This document shows, piece by piece, positions 1-10,419 of a DNA stretch of 64,000 nucleotides. The DNA is taken from positions 27,972-91,971 of the IMG/VR virus record IMGVR_UViG_3300034280_001042. One strand, 5' to 3'. The DNA is from a virus. Position 1 is the first letter of the stretch, and every line of letters begins with the position of its first letter. The notes beneath the pieces are model-generated. The model did not search any database. It had not been told where the DNA came from and saw nothing but the letters and a program-made list of their open reading frames with translations. A program made the position numbers and the translations under genes.

Positions 1-447
1 GTCCAGAAAGATCGTGAATTTTATGAGGAATTGGTTGATTTCATCAAGAATTCTTCGCACGATATGATGTGCTTGGAATATGAAGGAAATCCCGAGCAAC
101 ACAAGGTTCTGGAGAGTAGAAACAACTTCAATGTATTTAACACCACCAACCACGATCTGGTGAAGTCCGATCCTAAGATATGGCATTTTGATGACGCCGC
201 GTTCGTTGCAAATGTCAAATTCTTAGACACGATCTATAGCAAGGAATTCTTCGCAGCAGACGACCGAAAGCCGTGGGTACAAGACGGAGGACACGCAGAG
301 TGCATACTGAGAAGCCAGATGCAACAAAAGGTCATACCTAGATATGTGCTTGACAAAAAGAGTTTAGTCAGGTGCAACCTAGTTGGTCCCTCAAGCAATA
401 AGACGACCGAAAAGTGGTTAATAAAGAGATTTAAGGAGGAGGATTGA
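1..447 (+). CDS. Hypothetical protein, 5'-truncated; possibly glycosyltransferase-like
   Basis: Frame is open from base 1 (VQKDREFYEEL...) to TGA at 447. It adjoins the glycan-modification genes and appears more GC-rich than its neighbours. Confidence 0.55.
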   Translation, partial: VQKDREFYEELVDFIKNSSHDMMCLEYEGNPEQHKVLESRNNFNVFNTTNHDLVKSDPKIWHFDDAAFVANVKFLDTIYSKEFFAADDRKPWVQDGGHAECILRSQMQQKVIPRYVLDKKSLVRCNLVGPSSNKTTEKWLIKRFKEED

Positions 448-448
448 A

Positions 449-1030
449 ATGATAAAAAACGAAACCAATTGGTTCAATTATGCTAATTTTTACGAGTTTA
501 TAGCAGAGCAAAATTTTAAAACTTTTGTTGAAGTTGGCGTATTTTTTGGCTTGTCAATTAGTTTTTTAGCCCAAAAAGTCAAAAGCAAAGATGGCGTAAA
601 AATATACGGAGTTGATTTATTTGAAACTTGGGCGGGAAAAGAACAAATTGAATATTTGTATGACATAAAAGGCTTGTCTGACAAAGATAGATTGGAAAAA
701 CTTGGTGAATACAAGTATAATTTCGTTGTCAATAGATTAAATGAAGTTGGATGTAATCATTTTGTTGAACTTATAAAAAGCGATAGTTCTGCTGCCGCCT
801 CGTTGTTTGAAAATGAATCATTAGATTTTGTTTTTATAGACGGAAACCACTGGTACGATTATGTAAAAAAAGATATAGAAGCATGGTTGCCCAAAATTAA
901 AAAAGGTGGTATTATTTCTGGACATGACTATCAAGCGGCGGGAGTTTCAACTGCGGTAGGAGAGACCTTTGGCGATTCGGCTAAAGTTTTTAAAGAATCT
1001 CGATCCTGCTGGTATGTGGATATCAAATAA
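449..1030 (+). CDS. Class I SAM-dependent methyltransferase (Methyltransf_24-like)
   Basis: Motifs VEVGVFFGLS, GVDLF, LDFVFIDGNHWYDYVKKDI, KKGGIISGHDY. SD GGAGG upstream. Confidence 0.9.
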   Translation: MIKNETNWFNYANFYEFIAEQNFKTFVEVGVFFGLSISFLAQKVKSKDGVKIYGVDLFETWAGKEQIEYLYDIKGLSDKDRLEKLGEYKYNFVVNRLNEVGCNHFVELIKSDSSAAASLFENESLDFVFIDGNHWYDYVKKDIEAWLPKIKKGGIISGHDYQAAGVSTAVGETFGDSAKVFKESRSCWYVDIK

Positions 1031-1791
1031 TGAATATGCAAGTTATCATGTCCGACAATAGAGATGTTGAGTTTGATTTGGAAAAATGCGAATACAACAC
1101 ATTATCTGCAATAATAAATTACGAGTATTCTTGTCTGCACAAATATGACTTCAAGTACTTTAGGCCTTTGATAAAAGGCAAAGTTGAGTTGGCTAATTGT
1201 CTATCTCCAACTAAAAAACCCAGACATGCGGCATGGTCTAAAATTCTTTCTTGCATTAAGGCCATAGAAGAAGGTTACAAATACGATTTTGTTGTATATC
1301 TGGACTCGGATTGTGTTTTCAGTCATCACGAAACTTCTTTAACTGATTACATTGACCGAAGCAAGAATGTATTGAATAAAAATTTGAACATGAAGTTTGA
1401 TGTGTTTTTCATGAACAACCAACCATGGCATCGCTTCTTGCCATGCTCCGGTTTTTTTCTGTTTAGGCCCAATTCCAAAGCTCTTGATTTTTTCAAAACT
1501 TGGTATCAACAAAATCAAGACGACAAGTATAATCTTAATCATCCATGGGAACAGCACTGCCTACAGAGTTACTTAATCAAAAGTTCTAAATTTGAAGTAA
1601 TAAACGACTGGATGTTTAATGATCGGAAACAAAATCAATACTTGAGACACATAGGTCGTGGAAATCCGTTAAGAAAAACCTTTTTTAATCAAATTATTAA
1701 TACATACAATCAGGAAAAAATAGAGTCTAGTCTTGAAGCGCTTAAAGAGCTTGTTGTAGCTTACGATACTACTACTATTAAGTACGATTAA
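1030..1791 (+). CDS. GT-A glycosyltransferase (GT34/galactosyltransferase-like)
   Basis: AWSKI, DxD motif YLDSD, CSGFFLF and PWEQ motifs. Confidence 0.7.
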   Translation: MNMQVIMSDNRDVEFDLEKCEYNTLSAIINYEYSCLHKYDFKYFRPLIKGKVELANCLSPTKKPRHAAWSKILSCIKAIEEGYKYDFVVYLDSDCVFSHHETSLTDYIDRSKNVLNKNLNMKFDVFFMNNQPWHRFLPCSGFFLFRPNSKALDFFKTWYQQNQDDKYNLNHPWEQHCLQSYLIKSSKFEVINDWMFNDRKQNQYLRHIGRGNPLRKTFFNQIINTYNQEKIESSLEALKELVVAYDTTTIKYD

Positions 1792-1804
1792 TTAGGAACA
1801 AAAA

Positions 1805-3136
1805 ATGATTTCTAAAGACGACTACGTCTGCCCAAGCTGTCATAATGATGATAAGCAAAGAATAATCTTCTTAGGTTCAGATTTTTCTTATCAATGCAAA
1901 CATTGTTTGGCTATTCATGTGTTTGTAGAAAATCTATATTCAAAATTTCAAGATAATTTTAAACATCATGGTTGCGGCTCTTATAGGTGGAAAATTAATC
2001 GATATATAGGAACATATTCTCAACAAAATCAGTGGATTGATAATATTAATACTACGGCTAAGGATACTCATGAAATTAATCAATACGCTAACGCTAGGAA
2101 AGGTTTTGAAAAAATTATTTTAGGCATAGGTTCTGATTATAATAAAATAAATATTACTAAAGAAAAAATATCTAATAAAAATATTGATGCTAATACTTCT
2201 ATTTTTATTGCTAATGCCATCAACACTAAACACTTTCAGGATTCTTTCAGGGCGATTGTGAGAATGAAAGAAAGATTACTAGAAGAAAAAGAATCATATA
2301 AAATATTAATTATGCAACCTAATATGCATATTTGTAAGAACCCAGTATCAAAACTAGAGGGCATTGATGAAATATGGGTTGTTAATGATTGGAATGATAA
2401 AATGGATTGGTATTATATGTTGGGGGAAAACGATAATAATTTGAATGATATAAAAAACCTATCCTATAGTCTAACTCAAGCACTAGACAGTTATAGAGAT
2501 AATGAAACAGAGGCTGTCTCAAAAAGACCAGGACCGATGAAACAAGGAACCAAACCAATTAAAGACTTATTATACGTCCCAAAAAGAGAGCTAAGAGATA
2601 ACAAGAATAGATTAATTGATGGCAAGTATTTAGCAATTTTAATTAGAAATGATTATCCGAGCAGAGCTGGACTAGAAACAACATCTCAAATACAAGAAAT
2701 ATGTGAAGCTATTAAGAATCAAGGTTTTAAACCAGTCATCATAGCTTGTGATAATAGAGAAGAAGATATTTGTAAATTATTAACATTAGATGATCCTATA
2801 ATAATAGCAAAAAACTTAGAAGAACAAGTAATTTTTTATAATGAACATTGCTACGGTCTTATAGGAACGAACTGTTCAGGATGTAATTTACCAGTATTAT
2901 ATAGTATACCAATGTTTATTTTAGCTAAAACAAGATTTTTCCCAGACGACTTTTATTGTATGGGGCGCATATTATCCCCTCATGACTGCAATAAACTATT
3001 TAATGGCGACCTTACCAAACCAGATAATGTAAAAGAGATAAGAACAATCACGGACCAGCATACCAGTATTAAGAACCACTTAGTAGAATTTGAGGAGTGG
3101 TTGTATTCTTTAGGTAAACAAATTATTAACACATAA
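1805..3136 (+). CDS. Zn-ribbon plus GT9/GT-B-like protein
   Basis: N-terminal CPSC...CKHC. C-terminal LEEQV...LIGTNCSGCNLPVLYSIP resembles the GT9 'iG.dSG..hlA...P' motif. Confidence 0.45.
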   Translation: MISKDDYVCPSCHNDDKQRIIFLGSDFSYQCKHCLAIHVFVENLYSKFQDNFKHHGCGSYRWKINRYIGTYSQQNQWIDNINTTAKDTHEINQYANARKGFEKIILGIGSDYNKINITKEKISNKNIDANTSIFIANAINTKHFQDSFRAIVRMKERLLEEKESYKILIMQPNMHICKNPVSKLEGIDEIWVVNDWNDKMDWYYMLGENDNNLNDIKNLSYSLTQALDSYRDNETEAVSKRPGPMKQGTKPIKDLLYVPKRELRDNKNRLIDGKYLAILIRNDYPSRAGLETTSQIQEICEAIKNQGFKPVIIACDNREEDICKLLTLDDPIIIAKNLEEQVIFYNEHCYGLIGTNCSGCNLPVLYSIPMFILAKTRFFPDDFYCMGRILSPHDCNKLFNGDLTKPDNVKEIRTITDQHTSIKNHLVEFEEWLYSLGKQIINT

Positions 3137-3900
3137 TGAACAAAAAATTAGCATTCATATATACTTATGGTAGGATAGGATCTACAAGTTTATTTCGTAG
3201 CATATCTAATAAAACAGATGCTCATCATTTTCATAATTTCAAACCATATTTTGACAACCATCTGAATACAACAAATAATTATACTAATATAGAACAACTA
3301 TTATCTTCTCAGGAATCTATCTATATAGTCACGGGGGTACGCGACCCTATAGCCAGAACAATATCTGCTCTTTTTACATGGATCACCAAAGAAGGCAGAC
3401 TCAATAATTTAACTCAGTATTCTGGAGGAGGTAAGTACTTTTTAGGCCATAATAAAGAAGAAATCAAAAAGCTTGATATTAATTTGATAATACAGAAACT
3501 TTTAAACTGTTTGTCTAACGATAATATGTTTGATCAAAAAGACTGTTGGTTCAATAATAATATTCGTAATTTTTTTGATATAGATATATATAATTATTCA
3601 TTCAATACCAACCAAGGATATATTCTGATTAATCAAGATAAATATAAAACTCTAGTATATAGGCAGGAAAACTTAAGAGATAATCATGAAATGGTTAATT
3701 CTTGGTTGAACACAAGCGATATTTTGCTGGTGTCAGAAAATGAATCCAAAACCAAGTGGTACTATGACTTATACAAACAGCTATTAGAAAATATAAAATT
3801 TTCTCAAGAAATCTTGGATAAAGTATATGATAATAAAAAAATTCGTCATTTTTATAGCGATACAGAAATATCTAACTTTTATAAGTATTATCTTTCATGA
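3136..3900 (+). CDS. Sulfotransferase-fold protein (capsular polysaccharide synthesis family-like)
   Basis: YTYGRIGSTS (5'-PSB-like) and VRDPIARTISA (3'-PB-like). C-terminal HFYSDTEI. Confidence 0.7.
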   Translation: MNKKLAFIYTYGRIGSTSLFRSISNKTDAHHFHNFKPYFDNHLNTTNNYTNIEQLLSSQESIYIVTGVRDPIARTISALFTWITKEGRLNNLTQYSGGGKYFLGHNKEEIKKLDINLIIQKLLNCLSNDNMFDQKDCWFNNNIRNFFDIDIYNYSFNTNQGYILINQDKYKTLVYRQENLRDNHEMVNSWLNTSDILLVSENESKTKWYYDLYKQLLENIKFSQEILDKVYDNKKIRHFYSDTEISNFYKYYLS

Positions 3901-4595
3901 AAGAACCTAAAGAACCCACTAACGAATGGCGGCTGTCTTCTGATTATGATGAAGCAATTCATCTTAACGGTGGATATACTCTAGCTCTTGGATATTGCTA
4001 TCTTAATAGACTAGAATATCTTTTTAAACAGAATAATAGAAGGCTATTCCAGTTCAGAACCAAGTGGGGCTGGTGTGGTGTGAATTTTTTATTCTCTGCT
4101 ATGCGGCCCGATAATATACTGATTATTAACTCTTGGGCTAATTCTGCTATGGTTGCTAAGTCTCATACTACGCTATTTTATGTTTGGTCAGCTATTTTAA
4201 GAAACATATTAGAGGTCAGAGGACCAGATAATAAGCCGATACCAACTATGATCATTGATATGCCAGCAGCTATCCATAGACATCTAAACTTAGAGGACAG
4301 CACAATAGATAAAACCAAATTCCTACAAAATAGAGAAAAATATAAAGCTAAAATTATTGATCCAATTATATCTGATAATCCTAGTCATATTAGATATATT
4401 GATCTTCTCGACTATTTTTCGGCAGAGTGGGAGATGATAATAGAAAATCAAAAAAATGAGCATAATAGATCTCCTTGGCATATATCTGATCAGGTATTAG
4501 ACACCATCTTTAGTCACTTTTTACAATTTACCAATAATGCCGAACACTATTCTCACATGAATCTGATCAAAGACTTAAAACAACTAAAATTATGA
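3897..4595 (+). CDS. Hypothetical protein, possibly SGNH-like
   Basis: ORF coupled to both neighbours by ATGA overlaps. C-terminal SPWH. Confidence 0.5.
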   Translation: MKEPKEPTNEWRLSSDYDEAIHLNGGYTLALGYCYLNRLEYLFKQNNRRLFQFRTKWGWCGVNFLFSAMRPDNILIINSWANSAMVAKSHTTLFYVWSAILRNILEVRGPDNKPIPTMIIDMPAAIHRHLNLEDSTIDKTKFLQNREKYKAKIIDPIISDNPSHIRYIDLLDYFSAEWEMIIENQKNEHNRSPWHISDQVLDTIFSHFLQFTNNAEHYSHMNLIKDLKQLKL

Positions 4596-5446
4596 AAACC
4601 AAAATAGCAGATCAAAACTATAGCAAGCCTATACCCACAGCTGTAGATGGTAATAATCTATTAATAGATAAATTAAAATCTGATAAAATATTTTTCGCTG
4701 GTAGATCTGGTGGAACAGAGTGTGAGATCGTTCAAAAAATTTATAGATATAAAGAAAAAGTTCCACACCACGTTAGAGAGAGAGCATTTAAAGTAGCAGG
4801 AATATATCCTTTAACAGATGATAATTACCAAAAATTTGTAGATACATATATAAGAGGAATTAGAACTCTTGACGTTGTTGGAGTTTGGGGTGTTATTGGT
4901 TACGATTGGTTAGTAGATACCTTTTGTCCAGAAGCAGATTATATTAGATTAACTAGTCTAGAGCCTTATTATTTCCCAGATAATCCATGGAGTGCTTTTT
5001 TACAGGACAAGAAAATTCTAGTTATTCATCCATTTGTTAATAGCATACAAAATAATTTTCTTAAAAGAGAACATCTTTTTAGAGAGACAAAAATTTTACC
5101 AAATTTCTATCTTACAACCTTAAAAGCCGACCAAAATTATGGTAAACAAGCTGATTGGTTTGAGAGCTTAGATAAAATGAAGAATGAAATACTAAATATA
5201 GATTTTGATATAGCGATTATTGGGTGTGGCGCTTTTGGGTTGCCTTTAGGATCTTTTATTAAGGAAGTAGTTAAAAAAACAGCGATTCATTTAGGAGGTC
5301 CAGTTCAGATATTATTTGGTGTTATGGGCAGGAGATGGGAAACCAACAGCGGTATTATGAGGTTCCACAACGAATACTGGACACGACCTTTGCCCGAAGA
5401 AACTCCGGAATCTTATATGTCTGTAGAAAAAGGATGTTACTGGTAA
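4592..5446 (+). CDS. Putative glycosyltransferase (GT-D-like) of polysaccharide loci
   Basis: R.GGTE, LEPYY..PWS.FL..KKILVIHPF, DFDIAIIGCGAFGLPL and HLGG.VQILFG..GRRW. Confidence 0.65.
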   Translation: MKTKIADQNYSKPIPTAVDGNNLLIDKLKSDKIFFAGRSGGTECEIVQKIYRYKEKVPHHVRERAFKVAGIYPLTDDNYQKFVDTYIRGIRTLDVVGVWGVIGYDWLVDTFCPEADYIRLTSLEPYYFPDNPWSAFLQDKKILVIHPFVNSIQNNFLKREHLFRETKILPNFYLTTLKADQNYGKQADWFESLDKMKNEILNIDFDIAIIGCGAFGLPLGSFIKEVVKKTAIHLGGPVQILFGVMGRRWETNSGIMRFHNEYWTRPLPEETPESYMSVEKGCYW

Positions 5447-6303
5447 TGTCTAGTATAGACTATTTTATAGTTTGTCATAGTCAAGAATCTATTATTGAAT
5501 TTTTGGATACAAAAAAATTTAATACGCTACCTAATTATCGTTTTCTATTTGTTGGTAACAGAGAAACTAATCAACTTAAACCACTATCTAACGTAATTGT
5601 CTGTAATAAATTACCAAAAAATATAGAAGAATGTGCCAATCTATGTAGCTTTACAGCATGGTACGCTATTTCTAAAAATAAACTATACAATTCTAATCAT
5701 TTATGTTTATTAGAATATGATATCGAGTATTCTCAAGAACTACATAATAAAAATACATTTGCTATTTCCAATGAAACCAAACCATCTATTTATGGATATT
5801 CTATAGCTCCTGTTAACCATCGTGTGTTCTATAGAAGCACACCAATACTAGAACTAGCAATTCATAAAACATATAATATTGATCTATTAAATTTTATAAA
5901 TAATTATGGATCTCAAGAAAAATACTGGCTCACCACCACAAACATGATGATGCATCAAAATACTCTGCGCTCATTTGTAGACTGGTATATGCCGATGATA
6001 GAACAATTTAAATATGAACCTATGAGCGCGTATGTTCATGAAAGAGCTATACATATATTTTTTTTACTTAAGAATATTCAGCTTAACTATATAAAAAATG
6101 CTATTAAACATCACCAAAAATGTTCACACAGCATAGAAGATGTTTATGGATATTTTTTGAAAAACAAACAAGAAAAATACCTGATCTCCTCGGATATGCC
6201 AGAATACGATCTATTGTACACAAACATACTATGCGAGCTTGACAAAAAGTACAACTCCAGTATGATAGACCATGTAAACTCAAAGGAAACAGGATCAAAA
6301 TGA
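5446..6303 (+). CDS. Putative glycosyltransferase-like protein
   Basis: Likely start is the ATG at 5446 (TAATG coupling; MSSIDYFIVCH), not 5335. Contains LLEYD and HERAIH motifs. Confidence 0.5.
   Translation: MSSIDYFIVCHSQESIIEFLDTKKFNTLPNYRFLFVGNRETNQLKPLSNVIVCNKLPKNIEECANLCSFTAWYAISKNKLYNSNHLCLLEYDIEYSQELHNKNTFAISNETKPSIYGYSIAPVNHRVFYRSTPILELAIHKTYNIDLLNFINNYGSQEKYWLTTTNMMMHQNTLRSFVDWYMPMIEQFKYEPMSAYVHERAIHIFFLLKNIQLNYIKNAIKHHQKCSHSIEDVYGYFLKNKQEKYLISSDMPEYDLLYTNILCELDKKYNSSMIDHVNSKETGSK
6239..6266 (+). promoter_or_regulatory. Sigma70-type promoter for the dCMP deaminase/nrdJ operon
   Basis: TTGACA (6239-6244), 16-nt spacer, TATGAT (6261-6266), about 35 nt before the ATG at 6300. Confidence 0.55.
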
Positions 6304-6767
6304 GACCATCTTGGACGGATTATTTTTTGGGATTGTCTAAAGTTGTTTCTCAACGAAGTCATGATATACATACTCAACATGGGTGCGTAATAACAGACAA
6401 TCATAATAGAATTTTGGGAGTAGGATACAATGGATTTGCCAGAGGGCTAGATGACTCATTATTACCTAAAACCAGACCAGAAAAATATCATTGGATGATC
6501 CATGCTGAACGTAATGCTTTATCAAATTGTGTTGTTCGTCCAGATAATGGAATCGCTTATGTCTCAGGCCAATGCTGTAATGACTGTATAATGGCCTTAT
6601 GGCAAGAAGGAATTACCAAAGTAATTATGTCAAATGATCATGGTACAAAGTTGTTTGATGCTGAAGCTTCAGAAAAATTTGACTTATTTGTTAAAATGAG
6701 TGGAATTTCTGTGGAAAAAATTTCTCCAGATCTTTCTTGGCTGAAACAGCTTTGTGGTGTATCTTGA
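6300..6767 (+). CDS. dCMP deaminase
   Basis: RPSW..YF, GYNG, HAERNAL and the Zn-binding CCNDC. Confidence 0.93.
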   Translation: MRPSWTDYFLGLSKVVSQRSHDIHTQHGCVITDNHNRILGVGYNGFARGLDDSLLPKTRPEKYHWMIHAERNALSNCVVRPDNGIAYVSGQCCNDCIMALWQEGITKVIMSNDHGTKLFDAEASEKFDLFVKMSGISVEKISPDLSWLKQLCGVS

Positions 6768-6901
6768 TTACAAGAACATGTTTTTACATATTATATATAC
6801 TGTATTTTTATCATTCTTTTACTGGTGACACAAATATGATCAATCATCATTTTGAAGTTGCCACTCTCACTGGACTACTAGTACTAATTAATAGGAGATA
6901 A
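6764..6901 (+). CDS. Possible small (45 aa) hydrophobic protein, below the ORF-track cutoff
   Basis: TTG overlapping the previous stop gives MITRTCFYILYILYFYHSFTGDTNMINHHFEVATLTGLLVLINRR*, which fills the gap to nrdJ. Confidence 0.4.
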   Translation: MITRTCFYILYILYFYHSFTGDTNMINHHFEVATLTGLLVLINRR

Positions 6902-6902
6902 T

Positions 6903-9095
6903 ATGTCGGCTCTTCAAGAATTGCAGAATTATACATTTGTTAGCAAATATGCTCGTTGGTTAGAAAATCAAAATCGTCGTGAAACATGGAAAGAAGCAGT
7001 TGAACGTGTTAAAAATATGATGCATACAAAGTATGCTGATAAAGATATTGCCGACGAAATTAATTGGGCATATGATGCGATGTATAAGAAGAAGGTTCTT
7101 GGGAGTCAAAGAGCACTTCAATTTGGAGGAGATCCAATACTAAAGAGACATGCCAAAATATATAATTGTACTAGCTCTTATTGTGATAGATTAAGATTTT
7201 TCCAAGAGTGTTTTTGGCTATTGCTATGCGGTAGTGGAACAGGATTTAGCGTACAAAAGCATCATGTTGCAAAACTACCGTCTCTCGAACACAATGTGGA
7301 AGAAGGTATTTGTACAAAATATGTTATAGACGATTCTATAGAGGGTTGGTCAGATGCGCTCGGGGTTTTACTAAGTTCATATTTCAGTAAGCCAGTAGAA
7401 GAATTTAAACAATACAAAAATTGTCATATAGCATTTGATTATTCTAATATTCGCCCAAAGGGTTCTTCATTAGCTTCTGGAGTAGGCAAAGCTCCTGGAT
7501 ACGAACCACTAGCAAATGGTCTAGAAAAAATCAGAGCTTTATTAGATCGTTGTGTGGCTGGTGGTCAAAAGAAATTACGTCCAATCGATGCTTATGATAT
7601 TGTTATGCATAGTAGTGATGCTGTGCTGTCTGGTGGTGTTCGTAGAAGTGCTTCTTTAGCATTGTTTAGTCATGATGATGAAGAAATGGCCAAGGCTAAA
7701 ACAGGCAATTGGTATCTTGATAATCCACAGAGAGCACGAAGTAATAACTCGGCATTGCTACTAAAGCAAGAAACAACTTTTAATGAATTTAATACCCTTA
7801 TGCAATCTGTGAAGGAATTTGGTGAGCCTGGATTTATTTGGAGCGAATCAACAGAAATGATCTTCAATCCATGTGTAGAGATTGGTATGTGGCCTGTTGA
7901 TGAAGAAACACAAAAGAGCGGATGGCAGGGATGTAATCTGTCAACAATTAATTGTTCGAGTGTGATGGACGAAGAAGATTTTTATGAAAGATGTAGAGCA
8001 GCAGCAATAATAGGTACTCTACAGGCTGGCTTTACAACACTAGCATATCTAGGAGACATTAGTCAACGTATTTTTGAGAGAGAGGCTTTATTAGGAGTTT
8101 CTCTTACCGGAACCATGGAAAAACATGACCTAGTATTATCTGAAAAGGTATTGACAAAGGGAGCAAAAATTGCTGTTGAGACAAATAAGAAAATTGCTCA
8201 GAAAATCAATATTAACCAAGCAGCAAGAGTCACCTGTTTAAAGCCAGAAGGAACGTCTTCAAGTATGCTAGGAACATCGTCAGGTATACATCCTCATCAC
8301 GCTAAACGATACATACGCCATGTACAGGCCAATGTTTTAGAAGCCCCATACCAACACTTTAAGAAACTAAACCCACAGGCTTGTGAGAAATCTTCGTGGT
8401 CAGCAAACAATACTGATGAAGTTGTTAAGTTTCCAATTGAAGTTCCAGATGGTGCCAAGCTTAAGAATCAGTTACCAGCAGTAGAAATGTTGTCTATTGT
8501 AAAGGATACCCAGAAGAATTGGGTTCATTCTGGTAAAAATAGAGCATTATGCACACAGGAATATTTAAGTCATAACGTTAGCAACACAGTAACTGTTAAG
8601 CCTGATGAATGGGATGACGTTACCAAATATATTTATGATAATCGTAAGTATTTTGCTGGTATTAGTCTTATTCCTCAAAGTGGAGATAAAGACTATCCAC
8701 AAGCTCCATTTACAACAGTTTATACTAGTCGTGAAATTGTTAAAGAATATGGAGACGCAGCACTATGGTGCTCTGGATTGATTGAATTAGGACTAAATAG
8801 CTTTAATAATAACTTATGGGCAGCATGTGATTATATATCCATGAACCAATACAAAGACGGTGATTCAGAAGATAAACTATTATTTGCCACAAAAATGAAA
8901 AACTTTGCTGGTAAATATTTTAATGCAGATGTTAGACGGTTAACATACTGTATGAAAGATGTTTATAATTGGAAAATCTATTGCGATCTTTTCGAAAGCT
9001 TTAAGAAGGTTGATTATACGCAACTGGCTGAGACTGAAGACAATACCGTAGGAATAGAGGAAATTAGTTGCGCTGGCGGCGCCTGTCTAATTTAA
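6903..9095 (+). CDS. nrdJ: Class II (adenosylcobalamin-dependent) ribonucleotide reductase
   Basis: RETW.E, YNC, GSGTGFS, GGVRRSA, finger loop NPCVEI, CNLS, KPEGTSS, C-terminal redox pair CAGGAC. No beta-subunit gene nearby. Confidence 0.93.
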   Translation: MSALQELQNYTFVSKYARWLENQNRRETWKEAVERVKNMMHTKYADKDIADEINWAYDAMYKKKVLGSQRALQFGGDPILKRHAKIYNCTSSYCDRLRFFQECFWLLLCGSGTGFSVQKHHVAKLPSLEHNVEEGICTKYVIDDSIEGWSDALGVLLSSYFSKPVEEFKQYKNCHIAFDYSNIRPKGSSLASGVGKAPGYEPLANGLEKIRALLDRCVAGGQKKLRPIDAYDIVMHSSDAVLSGGVRRSASLALFSHDDEEMAKAKTGNWYLDNPQRARSNNSALLLKQETTFNEFNTLMQSVKEFGEPGFIWSESTEMIFNPCVEIGMWPVDEETQKSGWQGCNLSTINCSSVMDEEDFYERCRAAAIIGTLQAGFTTLAYLGDISQRIFEREALLGVSLTGTMEKHDLVLSEKVLTKGAKIAVETNKKIAQKININQAARVTCLKPEGTSSSMLGTSSGIHPHHAKRYIRHVQANVLEAPYQHFKKLNPQACEKSSWSANNTDEVVKFPIEVPDGAKLKNQLPAVEMLSIVKDTQKNWVHSGKNRALCTQEYLSHNVSNTVTVKPDEWDDVTKYIYDNRKYFAGISLIPQSGDKDYPQAPFTTVYTSREIVKEYGDAALWCSGLIELGLNSFNNNLWAACDYISMNQYKDGDSEDKLLFATKMKNFAGKYFNADVRRLTYCMKDVYNWKIYCDLFESFKKVDYTQLAETEDNTVGIEEISCAGGACLI

Positions 9096-9118
9096 CTACT
9101 ATTCGTAAAGGGTAACAC

Positions 9119-9844
9119 TTGAGAAAAAATAATAAAAACGTAAAGAAAAAAGCAAAGCTTATAGACGCTACTCATGATTTGGTTGTACCTCAGCTTTATA
9201 GAAACAGACTAAGACCTCGCAGTGAAAATCAAAAACAGTATATTAGAAATATAGCAGAAAACACTATTTCATTTTGCCAAGGTGCTGCCGGAAGTGGTAA
9301 GACGCATATAGCTGTTGGAATGGCATTAGAATATTTGTTAGAAGAGAAAGTTAAGAAAATAATTATCACCAGACCCGTGGTAGAATCTGGTGAAAAAATA
9401 GGATATCTACCAGGAACAGCAGAAGAAAAATTACATCCATATTTATTACCACTACTAGATGAAGTGCACCACTTTATCTCTGGTGGTCAATATGCTGGTT
9501 TAAAGACAAACAATAAAATCGAAATTGTTCCATTGGGACTCATGAGAGGTAGGAATTTTCACGATTGTTTTATTGTTGCCGATGAGTGTCAGAATGCTTC
9601 TTATGATCAGCTTAAAATGTTATTGACAAGAATAGGAAATAATAGTAAAATGGTCTTGACAGGAGATATTAGCCAGTCAGACCTACTAAGACATATGCGT
9701 GGGGGATTTTTTGAAATGATGACCAGTCTTGAAGGCATAGAGGGTATATCAATAAGTCGTTTAGACTTTTCAGATATAGTTAGAAATCCTATTATATCCA
9801 AGATTCTTCAAAGATTAGATAGTTATGAGTCAGACAAAACATAA
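9119..9844 (+). CDS. phoH: PhoH family ATPase
   Basis: GAAGSGKT, ITRPVVE.GEKIGYLPG, MRGRNF, DECQN, TRIG, GD..QSD. Confidence 0.95.
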   Translation: MRKNNKNVKKKAKLIDATHDLVVPQLYRNRLRPRSENQKQYIRNIAENTISFCQGAAGSGKTHIAVGMALEYLLEEKVKKIIITRPVVESGEKIGYLPGTAEEKLHPYLLPLLDEVHHFISGGQYAGLKTNNKIEIVPLGLMRGRNFHDCFIVADECQNASYDQLKMLLTRIGNNSKMVLTGDISQSDLLRHMRGGFFEMMTSLEGIEGISISRLDFSDIVRNPIISKILQRLDSYESDKT

Positions 9845-10409
9845 ATGCTTATTATTAAACTCTGATTATACTCCTATGACTATAGTTGATTGGCAAAAAG
9901 CTATTATATGGTCTTTGAGGTCATATAATGATCAGAAAAAATATGGGATTGAAATTTTAGATTTTCATAAAGAACAATACGTTATTGGCACAGGAGGAAG
10001 AAAATACAAAATTCCTTCTGTTGCCAGAACTATAAGATTTTTTAATCATTACAATAAGCGAATTCATTTTTCTAGACGTAATTTATTTTTAAGAGATGAT
10101 CATACTTGCCAATATTGTAAAAATCATTTTCATCCTAATCAGTTAACATATGATCATGTTATTCCTAAGTCTCGTTATAAAACCTCTTTACAAAAAAAAT
10201 GTACTAATTGGACCAATATTGTAACATCTTGTATTACGTGTAACTTTAAAAAGGGCAATAGAACCCCGGAAGAAGCTGGTATGACATTAGCAACAATGCC
10301 ATGTGAACCAAAATATTCGGATAAATACTTGCCTTGGCACAACGAAGCTCTTAAGATATACCAGACACAAGAACTAGAGACTTGGAAACCGTTCATTAAT
10401 TTTAAATAG
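9825..10409 (+). CDS. HNH endonuclease
   Basis: LLLNSDY.P, RRNLFLRDDHTCQYC, TYDHVIP, NIVTSCITCNFKKG. Confidence 0.9.
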   Translation: MSQTKHKCLLLNSDYTPMTIVDWQKAIIWSLRSYNDQKKYGIEILDFHKEQYVIGTGGRKYKIPSVARTIRFFNHYNKRIHFSRRNLFLRDDHTCQYCKNHFHPNQLTYDHVIPKSRYKTSLQKKCTNWTNIVTSCITCNFKKGNRTPEEAGMTLATMPCEPKYSDKYLPWHNEALKIYQTQELETWKPFINFK

Positions 10410-10419
10410 GATAGGATAA

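Noticed and set aside
350-380. TTGACA inside the first ORF
   Set aside because: No credible -10 box at 16-18 nt.
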